Shown: positions 50,668 to 59,982, numbered from the stretch's first letter. The stretch is 64,000 nt of DNA from an uncultured Thalassotalea sp. (GCA_964620605.1 CAZUHQ010000002.1:47010-111009); one strand, 5' to 3'. Translations and numbers: made by a program. Notes: generated by a model not told the origin, from the letters alone.

Positions 50668-51561
50668 TTATTTAGATAAGGAAGGAAAATGTCCTTTATC
50701 TATCAGTGTTGTTAATGCCTGGTTGACCGAGATTGAATCGGCCGCATATGTTACGCCAAACCATTGATCATGTGAAGTTAAAACATCAACTTCGGCGGAT
50801 TGCTCGATTAATGTCATCACCGCATCGGGTAAATAACACTCAATGCCGTCTGGACAAAACTGGCTAAACGTTTGGCGCAGCAATTGCTCAATGACCGGGA
50901 AAATAGTGGTATTAAAACACCAGAAATTCATCGATATCAAGGCATCTGATTCTAGAGGCACAACTTGTTGCTGATGAAAGCCAACTAACTGCTCAGTTGC
51001 TTGGTAGTGAATATTAGTGATTTCGGTAATGGCCAGCAGTTTGCTATCGCCTGAAAGCTGGCATAAACCGCGATTGACGCCGCCATGAGCCGATAAGGTT
51101 TGTTTTAACTGATAACAGACTAAAGTTGCAGCATTTGCTAAGCCGTGTTGCTGCACCAGTTGAAATGCCTGCTTGCCGTAATAATCGTCTGCATTGATCA
51201 CCGCGAAGTTGCCCGTGAGGTAGTGTCTTGCACACCAGAGTGCGTGGCTAGTACCTAAGGGCTTAGTGCGTTGGCTGTCTATGATGCAGCCGCTGGGTAG
51301 GTCGCGCTTGTCCTGATAAACTATGTCGCAGCGAATATTTTCCGGTAAATACGCGAGTATTTGCTCGCTGAGAGTTTGTTTGTGCTGCGGTTGAGTAATA
51401 AAAACCAGGTGGTCAAAGCCATGCGCTAATGCATCGGCAATATTGTATTCCATTAAGGTTTTTTGTAAGCGGCCAAACTGAGCAAACTGTTTGGCACCAC
51501 CGAACCTGGAGCCCCGGCCAGCAGCCAGAATCACTAATGTGTTAACAGGGCTGGAACTCAC
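50668..51561 (-). CDS. Sugar-1-phosphate nucleotidyltransferase family protein
   Basis: VILAAGRGSRFGGAKQ; PLGTSHA; FAVINADDYYG; WFGVTY. Confidence 0.85.
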   Translation of the reverse strand: MSSSPVNTLVILAAGRGSRFGGAKQFAQFGRLQKTLMEYNIADALAHGFDHLVFITQPQHKQTLSEQILAYLPENIRCDIVYQDKRDLPSGCIIDSQRTKPLGTSHALWCARHYLTGNFAVINADDYYGKQAFQLVQQHGLANAATLVCYQLKQTLSAHGGVNRGLCQLSGDSKLLAITEITNIHYQATEQLVGFHQQQVVPLESDALISMNFWCFNTTIFPVIEQLLRQTFSQFCPDGIECYLPDAVMTLIEQSAEVDVLTSHDQWFGVTYAADSISVNQALTTLIDKGHFPSLSK

Positions 51562-51606
51562 TATAACGCCTTGTATCTGTTATTATTTATTAAAGCTTAA
51601 CATGTG

Positions 51607-52905
51607 TTAAGCGTTTTTCGGCAAGATAATATCAAAACAGGCGCCAGATAGTTGTTTGGCATGTGTTGCCTGGATCTTGCCTTTATGCCAATGGATCACC
51701 TTCTGGCATATTGCCAGCCCTAAGCCAAAGTGCCCCTGCTCGCGTGATCTGGCACTATCGAGTTTAACAAAGGGATCAAAGACCACAGCCAGTTTATCAT
51801 CGGCGATCCCTTGGCCATCGTCTTCTATCGAGATTTCTATGGTCTTACTGGTTTGCGCCAACTTGATTTGTACCTGGCTGTTGGCGTATTGAATGGCATT
51901 ACTGATCAAGTTTTGCAGTGCGCGATAAAACCAGTGGGCATCCAATCGATAGTGTTGATCCTGTGGCAATAATTCGCAGCTCAATGTTACTTGATGTTGC
52001 TGGGCCAGTGCTTGAAAATCCTGGCAAAATACTTTGATAAATTCGTTAATATTGACAACTTCCAGTTTTAGGTTGACTCCTTGGCGTTCCATGCCAGCAT
52101 AGGATAAAAATGCCGCAGTCATTTCTTCCATCCGGGTTAACTCTGCTTCCATGCGATTGAGATAATTATTCTTCTTTTCGAGACTATCAGTGTCTAATGC
52201 TGCTTCTACGCCAAAACGCAGACAAGACATCGGCGTTCGGATATCGTGTGACAGGCTGCGAGCGAGCAATTTGTTATCTGCCATTAACTTTTCAATTTGT
52301 GCCGCCATATGGTTGAAGCTCTTTTCCAGCGGATGAATATAGGAAAATTTATTTAACGGTACTCTAACATTCACGTCACCTTTGCCGATCTTGGCAGCGG
52401 CATTGGTTAACATATATAAACGCCGAGCCAGTGGAAACAACCATAACATTAAAATGGCACAAACCCCGATATATAAAACAGTGGTCAGTAAGAGGTTACG
52501 TTGATGATCTTCTTCCGGTACAGGGGGAAGCGCCAAACGGATCGAATAGGCTGGATGGTCACTGAGTTTTCTCAACAGATAAGCTTGTTGATCACTGGCT
52601 AATAATAAACCACCTGAAATGGTAAGCTGCTGAGTTAACGAACTTGGCAGCGCGATATTGGTATTTTCTTCTAGGCTCAGTGTCATCTGATAAGTGACGG
52701 CAAGTTCTGCCACTTGGGCAATTAGCTTATCGGCTGGAGTATGATTAAGCTGCTGACTAAAACCTTCGATAAGTTTTTTGTAGGCGATAATATCTGAGCT
52801 TTCGCTGAGATCACTATCGCTGACCACTAATTTATCCAATCCCCAACCGATAAGAAACAAGGAGCCCAGTACTGCGATAATAATACTGACAAATAACCGG
52901 GTCAC
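51607..52905 (-). CDS. Sensor histidine kinase (HAMP-HisKA-HATPase, RstB-like)
   Basis: Two TMs; LSHDIRTPM; NLISNA; EDDGQGI; GHFGLGL. Confidence 0.92.
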   Translation of the reverse strand: MTRLFVSIIIAVLGSLFLIGWGLDKLVVSDSDLSESSDIIAYKKLIEGFSQQLNHTPADKLIAQVAELAVTYQMTLSLEENTNIALPSSLTQQLTISGGLLLASDQQAYLLRKLSDHPAYSIRLALPPVPEEDHQRNLLLTTVLYIGVCAILMLWLFPLARRLYMLTNAAAKIGKGDVNVRVPLNKFSYIHPLEKSFNHMAAQIEKLMADNKLLARSLSHDIRTPMSCLRFGVEAALDTDSLEKKNNYLNRMEAELTRMEEMTAAFLSYAGMERQGVNLKLEVVNINEFIKVFCQDFQALAQQHQVTLSCELLPQDQHYRLDAHWFYRALQNLISNAIQYANSQVQIKLAQTSKTIEISIEDDGQGIADDKLAVVFDPFVKLDSARSREQGHFGLGLAICQKVIHWHKGKIQATHAKQLSGACFDIILPKNA

Positions 52906-52907
52906 TG

Positions 52908-53609
52908 CTAGTCGTTCCAGGCGTCAGCAACAAACAAATAGCCTTTACCCCACACGGTTTTGAATTTTTTCGGGCTTTGTGGATCGTCATTAAATATTTT
53001 TCGTAAGTTCGATAGCATGACATCGAAACGACGATCTTGCCCGTCATATTCGCGGTTTTTCAGCGCTTTAAATACGGTATCACGGTCAACCACTTCGCCT
53101 GCATGGCTGGCAAGAAACCATAAAAAGGCAAACAGACTGGTAGAGAGTTCAATTTCTTTGCCTTGATAGGTCACCCTGTTTGCTTCTTCGTTAATACTTA
53201 GGTTACCTAAGTTGATTTCATTGTTTTTTACTTCAGCTATATTTTGGTTTTTCAACGCGCTGTTGATCCGCGCTAATAATGCTCTGGGTCTGACCGGTTT
53301 GATAACGTAATCATTGGCTCCGGCTTCCAAGCCTATCACTTCATCGAATTCATCGGCTCGGGCGGTGAGCATGATAATAGGTAAGTTGGAGTTTTGTCGG
53401 ATCAACCGGCACACTTCAATGCCGTTAAGTCCGGGTAGCATGACATCCAGCAATACTAATTCAGGATTAAAGTCGTTGAGTTTTGGTTCAACCAGATCAC
53501 CGCGGTCAACATGCTCCACCAGAAAGTTCTGCTCCTGCAAATACTCGATCACCCAATCTGCGAGTGTTAAGTCGTCTTCTACTAATAAAATGCGATGTTG
53601 TTTATTCAT
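52908..53609 (-). CDS. OmpR family response regulator (RstA-like)
   Basis: LLVEDD; LLDVMLPG; DYVIKP; winged helix KTVWGKGY. Confidence 0.95.
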   Translation of the reverse strand: MNKQHRILLVEDDLTLADWVIEYLQEQNFLVEHVDRGDLVEPKLNDFNPELVLLDVMLPGLNGIEVCRLIRQNSNLPIIMLTARADEFDEVIGLEAGANDYVIKPVRPRALLARINSALKNQNIAEVKNNEINLGNLSINEEANRVTYQGKEIELSTSLFAFLWFLASHAGEVVDRDTVFKALKNREYDGQDRRFDVMLSNLRKIFNDDPQSPKKFKTVWGKGYLFVADAWND

Positions 53610-53635
53610 TGGTTAATCCCATTTTTACAGATAAT

Positions 53636-54064
53636 TTAAAACAAACGCCAGCGTCTTTTTCTCGGCGCTGCTTTATGTACCCAGCTTACATCAACTATGG
53701 CTTCGGCAAGCGTAATATTTTGTTCGCTCGATCTAAGCTGATATGCCACTTTTTCACTGGACTCGAATTCAAATATTAAAGTGTTGCCCCGACTGTTTTG
53801 CCAGCACTGCATCAGCTTATTGCTGGCTTTTTCATAAATACAAAAGTTGCCATGCTTAGCACTATGCCAGGATAAAGAAACCTGAGCAAAGCAGGTACGC
53901 CCCTGACGAAGTGCGACACAATTGGCCGGTTTAGCCTGAAAACTCACGTTAGTCTTGAGTGCCTGGGGTGGGATGGCTTGAGCACCAGCAAATGCCGAAC
54001 TCGGTATTATCCATAGTACCAGAGTAAAAAACCACGCAATTCCCTTGCCTAGCTTAGAATACAT
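53636..54064 (-). CDS. DUF3019 domain exported protein
   Basis: KPANCVALRQGRTC..V.LSW...FC....L..CW; C-terminal RKRRWRLF; located between mipA and the response regulator. Confidence 0.75.
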   Translation of the reverse strand: MYSKLGKGIAWFFTLVLWIIPSSAFAGAQAIPPQALKTNVSFQAKPANCVALRQGRTCFAQVSLSWHSAKHGNFCIYEKASNKLMQCWQNSRGNTLIFEFESSEKVAYQLRSSEQNITLAEAIVDVSWVHKAAPRKRRWRLF

Positions 54065-54911
54065 AAATTACCCCCGCCATTAACTGAGTCGCGCCCTGAG
54101 AGTCGACAATTGGGCTTCTGGCGATATTACTGCTGTAAAAGCTTTGGCTAAACCCGAGGTTAAAGGTCCAGGATTCAGAAATCGGGTGCTGGGCATACAA
54201 TTCAAACTGGATTTTTCCACTGCTGCCAGCCTGGTAATGTGGACGAATCTCTGATACTTCGCTGTGGTCGATGCCGACATAATAGTTAGTGACATCATTT
54301 GAATAGATACTTAACCCGGTATTTAAATAAATATCCCAGTTTCTATAAGGGATCAGGTGGCTGTAAAAAGCATCCAATACCCATCCCTTAGCGTCACTTA
54401 ACGGTGCCAGATTGGCAATATCGACGGAAAAATAACTGTCTTGAAAGTAACGGCTATAGCGAATGCCCAGGCCATCACCAAGATCTCTGGTTTTTAGTCC
54501 TCTAAGGCGCGGTAACTCTTTATCAGATTCTTCTATTATTTCTCCTGGATTAAAGCCTCCGATATAGGTTTTGTTGATAATGTCGAGTTCCCATTGATCA
54601 TTGTTGATCAATTGATAACCTACTTCGGCGCCGAGTATATGGGTATCGAGGCGGCGATAATTGGTCTGGATAAAAAAGCCTTTGTAGTAGAAATCGAACA
54701 ATAATGAGATATTGATATAATCGCCAAGGTAGCTTTGTTCCAGTCCTTCAATAATGGTGTCGTAGTAATGTAGCGAAAACCCCATTTGCGCTTGCCAGCT
54801 AAAGGTTTCGTTAAATACTGTGCTTTCTTTGCTCGGCTTTTTATCATTCGCGAGCACAAAGCCGCTGAAGCTAAACCATAACAAGAGGCAATAGCTTAAT
54901 TTTTTAAGCAT
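54054..54911 (-). CDS. MipA/OmpV family outer-membrane beta-barrel
   Basis: Signal peptide; amphipathic beta strands; NYYVGI; IARSPIVD; C-terminal Phe (YVF). Confidence 0.8.
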   Translation of the reverse strand: MLKKLSYCLLLWFSFSGFVLANDKKPSKESTVFNETFSWQAQMGFSLHYYDTIIEGLEQSYLGDYINISLLFDFYYKGFFIQTNYRRLDTHILGAEVGYQLINNDQWELDIINKTYIGGFNPGEIIEESDKELPRLRGLKTRDLGDGLGIRYSRYFQDSYFSVDIANLAPLSDAKGWVLDAFYSHLIPYRNWDIYLNTGLSIYSNDVTNYYVGIDHSEVSEIRPHYQAGSSGKIQFELYAQHPISESWTFNLGFSQSFYSSNIARSPIVDSQGATQLMAGVIYVF

Positions 54912-55130
54912 AGCTGTTATTTCCCATACCGCTTCGGTTGCAGTAGCTGATGATTAGTTATTATTTGGTCTGGAAAGCGAGCTGCCAGCCAATTGCAACC
55001 GTATACTAACAAATGTCATGGTCGTTGGGCAGCGTTGGACAAAAGAGAAATGTATAAAAATTGTAAAGATGTAAAAAGTAGCCCGCTTCCTTGCGCTGCT
55101 ACTATAAACGAAAGGTTATCTTCTTCTCCG

Positions 55131-55157
55131 CTGTTGCTTGTTTACCTAGCAACAGTT
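55131..55157 (+). repeat. Fragment or internally collapsed copy of the MITE-like repeat
   Basis: CTGTTGCT-TGTTTACCT-AGCAACAG-TT matches the element's right part (TTGCTTGTTTACCTAGCAACAGTT). Confidence 0.55.
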
Positions 55158-55193
55158 TTTGTACACCATTAATGAAAAATTTAGTACGCCTGA

Positions 55194-57245
55194 TTAAAAC
55201 TGAATTTTCAAGCCTATCGATGGAAACATTCCCATGCCTTCTTCGCCTTCGATCTTATAATCGGTTAAAGTTTCATTGCCATCAGGCGCAAAATAGTAAC
55301 CTGAGATGTTGTCGCTATTGGTGGCATTTAATATCGCAAACGACCACTGGGCGTCATAGCCCCAGTATTGAGTTTTATAGTTCGCCTGTAAGTCTAAGCG
55401 GTAATAGGTTGGTAAGGTTTTGCTGTTAAGCTCGCCATAAACCGGTAAGAAGTGCTCTTGATAATCCGGGTTTTCCTTTAACGCGATTATCGGCGTATAT
55501 TTCTGACCACTACGCACCGTTAAGCGCACGCCAAAATCCCAGCGTTCATTTAATTGATAGTTGGCCACCAGATTGGCTAACAGTGGCGTATCAAGATAAT
55601 ATTCAGTGGTTTGTTTGGTCAATTCATCGGTTCTGTCACTTTTTGACCAGCTTAGTGATGCCCAGCCGTACCAGCCATCAGCCAGTTCGCGCTCAATCAC
55701 CCATTCGATGCCTTTCGCGGTTCCTGACATATCGTTGCTGTAATGCAATTCGGCATTAATATCATCGTCATCTAGCGAGCGTGGTAGATCACCTAAATCT
55801 TTATAGTAAAGATCGATAGAGCTTTGCCACAAGTCGTTGATCTGATACTCAAAGCCGACCGAGTAATGCTGCGCCTTAGGCGAGTTTAATTTAGGGTTGC
55901 CAATTTTTCTCAGCACGGTTGCAACATCCGGAAAACGACTGTAGGAGCCTTGTTTAACCGTCATTTGCAAATCGTCATTAATCTGCCAGTTTAATGCCAA
56001 CCTGTGATGTAAAAATGATTGTTCGGTATAGCTATTGCGCTCGGCTCTAAGCCCCAGGGTAAATTGCCAGTCATTGCTGAGCTGCCATATATCATCAGCA
56101 TATAAAGCGACGGTGTTGCTATCTAGGGTATCGCTATCTTGAATACGTTCGCCTTTTTTACTTTCGCAATCCTGATCGTGATCGGTGCAGTAATAGGGAA
56201 TGGCATCAAAGCTGTAGTCGGTTTGTTGATTTTGCAAATCACTGCCCAGAACTAAAGTATGATGATTAAACCAGTCGATTTGGTATTGAAAACGCAAATT
56301 ATACTGCTCTTGGTCGATATCGATATATTGCCCTTGGCCGTAGAATTCTTTTGACTGCTCTCGGGTGTGACCGAACACCAGTTGCATGATTTTTCCGCCA
56401 TCGCCAAAGTATTGCCAGGAAATGCCCTGGTTATCAAATTGCGTGTTAACTTTTAAATCGCCAATCGAATCCGGATCAACCCGGCCTTGTTCCGATGCCT
56501 CTGAAATATTAATGCCGCCAGAATCGCTGGCACCACTTAAGGTAAAAGTCAGTTTGTGACTATCACCGATTAGCCACTGATATTTACCCTGATAATCGTC
56601 ACTGACCGGTGCTTTAAAAATGGTATAGCCGTCTTCTTCTTCACCTTCAGGTAAAAACAGGTGGATTAAACTGCGGCGGTAGGAAAAATAAAACGCCTGA
56701 TCTTCGGTGACTCCACCTTCAACCATGACGCCGGTTTTTAATAAACTGGCATCTAAGGTGGTCGTTATCTCCTGGTTTTTTGGATCCCTAAGCTGAACAT
56801 CGAATACCCCGCCGGTAGCATCACCGTAACGGCTACCGAATGCTGCCGGGTGGAGCTGAAAATCACGAACGACATTTTCATTAAAAATACTGTCGCCAAA
56901 CAAGTGAAAAATATAACCCACCGGCATGTCATCGATGTAAAACGCGTTATCATCCGGCGAAGATCCGCGAATTGCCGGGGCGCCGCCATCATCACCGCCA
57001 GCATACACTACCCCTGGCATACTAAATACCGAATTAAGCGGGTCGTGATCTAAGCCGGCAATGGCGAGTAATTTCTCAGTTTCAACACTGACGTCAGTAT
57101 AGGCTTGGTTACGTCGACCCTGTACTTCGATTTTTTCAATCGCATCATCAGCGGAAGTATTGAGTTCATCCGCAAAGGTTGCCGAGGACGAAAGCTGGCA
57201 GCAAATAGCGACAGCAACAGAGGTTAAAGTAAATTTATTGTTCAT
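55194..57245 (-). CDS. TonB-dependent receptor
   Basis: Signal peptide; TonB box-like IEKIEVQG; plug AIRGSSPDDN.FYID; FGSRYGDATGG; C-terminal IGLKIQF. Confidence 0.92.
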   Translation of the reverse strand: MNNKFTLTSVAVAICCQLSSSATFADELNTSADDAIEKIEVQGRRNQAYTDVSVETEKLLAIAGLDHDPLNSVFSMPGVVYAGGDDGGAPAIRGSSPDDNAFYIDDMPVGYIFHLFGDSIFNENVVRDFQLHPAAFGSRYGDATGGVFDVQLRDPKNQEITTTLDASLLKTGVMVEGGVTEDQAFYFSYRRSLIHLFLPEGEEEDGYTIFKAPVSDDYQGKYQWLIGDSHKLTFTLSGASDSGGINISEASEQGRVDPDSIGDLKVNTQFDNQGISWQYFGDGGKIMQLVFGHTREQSKEFYGQGQYIDIDQEQYNLRFQYQIDWFNHHTLVLGSDLQNQQTDYSFDAIPYYCTDHDQDCESKKGERIQDSDTLDSNTVALYADDIWQLSNDWQFTLGLRAERNSYTEQSFLHHRLALNWQINDDLQMTVKQGSYSRFPDVATVLRKIGNPKLNSPKAQHYSVGFEYQINDLWQSSIDLYYKDLGDLPRSLDDDDINAELHYSNDMSGTAKGIEWVIERELADGWYGWASLSWSKSDRTDELTKQTTEYYLDTPLLANLVANYQLNERWDFGVRLTVRSGQKYTPIIALKENPDYQEHFLPVYGELNSKTLPTYYRLDLQANYKTQYWGYDAQWSFAILNATNSDNISGYYFAPDGNETLTDYKIEGEEGMGMFPSIGLKIQF

Positions 57246-57323
57246 GTTTTTGGATAAAGTAGTTTTATTTGACGCTATTATCCATTGGCAGCTTGTATGA
57301 ATCTTGCGGCTAATTGTTGGGAA

Positions 57324-57349
57324 AATGTAGTGGAATGTGAGTTAATGTA
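57324..57349 (-). promoter_or_regulatory. 10-bp-period direct repeats upstream of the TonB receptor (OmpR-type binding site candidate)
   Basis: AATGT at 57324, 57334 and 57344. Confidence 0.4.
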
Positions 57350-57376
57350 AGCGTTAGCTCATTGCTGCGCCAGCTC

Positions 57377-57506
57377 GTTGATAACTAAGGATGTTGCTTT
57401 GGTAATAAAAGCAAGCATCACCAGCAGGGATGCTGGTGTTGAGCTTCCATGGACGGACTTGCAGCATCTTGCTTGTTTACCTAATAACAGCCATGATAAA
57501 CACAGC
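57377..57506 (+). mobile_element. MITE-like repeat copy 3 (left arm missing)
   Basis: GTTGATAACTAAGGATGTTGC...CATCACCAGCAGGGATGCTGGTGTTGAGCTTCCATGG...TTGTTTACCTAATAACAG. Confidence 0.8.
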
Positions 57507-57511
57507 CTAAA

Positions 57512-57588
57512 CGCCAGCTAATTTTCTGCGCTAGCTAATTTTCTGCGCCAGCTAATTCTCTGGGTTAGCTCATCTTTGCGCCAGCTAA
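57512..57588 (+). repeat. 17-bp tandem repeat array (consensus CGCCAGCTAATTTTCTG)
   Basis: Units at 57512, 57529 and 57546, a degenerate unit at 57563 and a partial unit at 57579 overlapping the lysR stop. Related units lie at 57352-57376. Confidence 0.85.
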
Positions 57589-58418
57589 AGCGGATTGAGG
57601 TTATCTATGAGTTTGCTCAGTTTCACCACTAACGGTGTTTGCTCCTGATAGGCAAGTACGATTTCACGGGTCAGTTGCATGCCGTTAATCGGGCGAAATG
57701 CCAGATCATTTTGCTCGATAATTTCTTTATGAGCAGGCACTAAGGCGCAGCCGAGTCCGGCTCTCACCAAGCCTAAGGCATAATCTATGGTTTGAATTTT
57801 CGCTCGAATATCCAGTTGAATGCCGGTTAAAGTAAAAGTATCTATTAAGGTTTGTAACGCGCTACAAGGCGTGCGCTGGATAAACGCCAGCTGGTCAAAA
57901 TCATGGAGCTCAATGGCATCCTTTAGCGATAGCGGGTGATTATGTCCCATGGCAACCAGGTAATCTTCCTGCCAGATTGCCTGATAGGTTTCACCGTCTT
58001 TTAATTCTTCTTTAATGATAATGCGGGCATCACAGGGTTCGTATTGCGGCACTAAAGTTAGCTCAATGTCGGGAGCTGCAGTGGTAAAGTCTTTTAACAA
58101 TACGCTCATGCGTTTAACCCCTAAGCCTTTAGTGACGCCGAGATTAAAGTTTTGCTTATTCGCTGAGGTTGCAAATGACGACTTGATTGCATCTGCCTGG
58201 CCGAGTAACTGCTTGGCGAGCGGGTAGAGTTTTTCACCTTGATCTGTTGCGGTAACGCCACGCGCATGACGGATAAATAACGCCTGATTGATTTCTCCTT
58301 CCAGTTGGGCGACCGCAGCTGAGATTGACGGCTGAGCGATAAAACAGGCCTTAGCTGCGGCGCTAAAGCTTTGCTGCTCATAAACGTTAATAAAATATTT
58401 TAGATGTTTCAGATCCAT
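57585..58418 (-). CDS. LysR family regulator divergent from gcdH (GcdR-like position)
   Basis: MDLKHLKYF..SFSAAAKACFIAQPSISAAVAQLE HTH. Probable ATG 58418 (track 58448). Confidence 0.92.
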   Translation of the reverse strand: MDLKHLKYFINVYEQQSFSAAAKACFIAQPSISAAVAQLEGEINQALFIRHARGVTATDQGEKLYPLAKQLLGQADAIKSSFATSANKQNFNLGVTKGLGVKRMSVLLKDFTTAAPDIELTLVPQYEPCDARIIIKEELKDGETYQAIWQEDYLVAMGHNHPLSLKDAIELHDFDQLAFIQRTPCSALQTLIDTFTLTGIQLDIRAKIQTIDYALGLVRAGLGCALVPAHKEIIEQNDLAFRPINGMQLTREIVLAYQEQTPLVVKLSKLIDNLNPL

Positions 58419-58450
58419 ATCAGGATTATTTCCTAATTTATTTGTCATGG

Positions 58451-58469
58451 CTATAGTTTTTTTCTATAG
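58451..58469. promoter_or_regulatory. LysR T-N11-A dyad binding site
   Basis: CTATAG-TTTTTTT-CTATAG (ATAG-N7-CTAT) in the lysR/gcdH divergent spacer. Confidence 0.65.
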
Positions 58470-58620
58470 AAACTAAAGAAAAACTATATTTTAACTTTAT
58501 TAGTGAATTGCTTAACCTTTAGCCCACTTGGTAAAACCACTTAATTTAGCGCGTGTTGAGCTTTTAACCTGGTGTTGGTAGTAAAGATCAATATGCATAC
58601 TGCAATAATCAGGAAATATT

Positions 58621-59808
58621 ATGTCAAACGTATCATCAAAACCTAGTTTTAACTGGCAAGACCCATTACTACTTGATTCTTTATTATCGGAAGAGGAGCG
58701 GATGATCCGTGATAGTGCTCATCAGTACTGTCAGGAGAAATTAATGCCGCGGGTGCTAGAAGCGAATCGCAATGAAACGTTTGACCCTGAGATCATGCGT
58801 GAGCTTGGCGAACTTGGTTTACTCGGTTGTACTATCGAAGAAAAATACGGCTGCGCGAACGTTAACTATGTGACTTATGGCCTGATTGCCCGTGAAGTTG
58901 AGCGGGTTGACAGCGGCTACCGCAGTGCGATGAGTGTTCAGTCATCATTAGTGATGCATCCGATTTATGCCTATGGCACCGAAGAGCAAAAAATGAAGTA
59001 TTTGCCTAAGCTGGCAACCGGTGAATTGATTGGCTGTTTTGGTTTAACCGAGCCAAATTCCGGTTCAGATCCAGCGAGCTTATCGACCCGTGCGGTAAAA
59101 GTAGATGGCGGCTATCGCTTAACTGGTAACAAAATGTGGATCACTAACTCACCAATTGCCGATGTCTTTATCATCTGGGCCAAGTTAGATGGCGTGATCA
59201 AGGGCTTTATTCTCGAAAAAGGCATAGAAGGACTGTCGGCACCGAAAATTGAAGGTAAGTTTTCATTGCGTGCTTCGATCACAGGTGAAGTGGTAATGGA
59301 TAATGTTTTCGTTCCGGAAGAAAATTTATTGCCGCATGTTCAAGGGCTATCCGGGCCATTTGGCTGCTTGAACAAAGCACGTTACGGCATTTCCTGGGGC
59401 GCTTTAGGCGCTGCTGAATATTGCTGGCATGCCGCCAGACAATACACTCTTGATCGTGAACAGTTTGGTCGTCCATTAGCGGCAACTCAGCTGGTACAGA
59501 AAAAACTGGCGGATATGCAAACTGAAATCACCACGGCACTTTTTGCCAGTTTGCAGGTCGGGCGGTTAATGGATGCCGGCACTTTAGCGCCGGAAGCGAT
59601 TTCTCTGGTTAAACGTAACTCTTGTGGCAAGGCACTGGAAATTGCTCGTATCGCTCGTGATATGCACGGTGGCAATGGTATTGCAGATGAGTTCCACGTT
59701 ATTCGCCATATGATTAACCTCGAAGCGGTTAATACCTATGAAGGCACACATGATATTCATGCGCTGATCTTGGGTCGTGCTCAAACTGGCATTCAGGCAT
59801 TTTTCTAA
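58621..59808 (+). CDS. gcdH: Glutaryl-CoA dehydrogenase
   Basis: [22 protein letters not shown]; [18 protein letters not shown]; [12 protein letters not shown]; [15 protein letters not shown], the GCDH signature with catalytic Glu. Confidence 0.93.
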   Translation: MSNVSSKPSFNWQDPLLLDSLLSEEERMIRDSAHQYCQEKLMPRVLEANRNETFDPEIMRELGELGLLGCTIEEKYGCANVNYVTYGLIAREVERVDSGYRSAMSVQSSLVMHPIYAYGTEEQKMKYLPKLATGELIGCFGLTEPNSGSDPASLSTRAVKVDGGYRLTGNKMWITNSPIADVFIIWAKLDGVIKGFILEKGIEGLSAPKIEGKFSLRASITGEVVMDNVFVPEENLLPHVQGLSGPFGCLNKARYGISWGALGAAEYCWHAARQYTLDREQFGRPLAATQLVQKKLADMQTEITTALFASLQVGRLMDAGTLAPEAISLVKRNSCGKALEIARIARDMHGGNGIADEFHVIRHMINLEAVNTYEGTHDIHALILGRAQTGIQAFF

Positions 59809-59817
59809 CGGCTGCTT

Positions 59818-59944
59818 GTTGATAACTAAGGATGTTGATTGGCTAATAAAAGCAAGCATCACCAGCAGGGATGCTGGTGTTGAGCTTCCAAGGATGGACT
59901 TTCAGCGTCTTGCTTGTTTACCTAACAACAGTTCTTGGGACATA
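59818..59944 (+). mobile_element. MITE-like repeat copy 4 (left arm missing)
   Basis: Same core as copy 3, with an identical run TAATAAAAGCAAGCATCACCAGCAGGGATGCTGGTGTTGAGCTTCCA; inserted between gcdH and the E1 gene. Confidence 0.8.
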
Positions 59945-59982
59945 AACAAAAGCAATAATTAGCAACTAGTAGGTAAAGTGCC

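Noticed and set aside
51607-54911. Assignment as the proteobacterial dedicated sortase regulators pdsS/pdsR
   Set aside because: No sortase, pdsO or sortase target is nearby, and the kinase (432 aa) looks too short. Left as a generic OmpR/RstAB-like pair.
57512-57588. Possible CRISPR array
   Set aside because: Units are 17 bp and contiguous with no unique spacers; no cas genes in the window.
59777-59962. 61-aa ORF after gcdH
   Set aside because: It is just the translation of MITE copy 4 (ASITSRDAGVELP).
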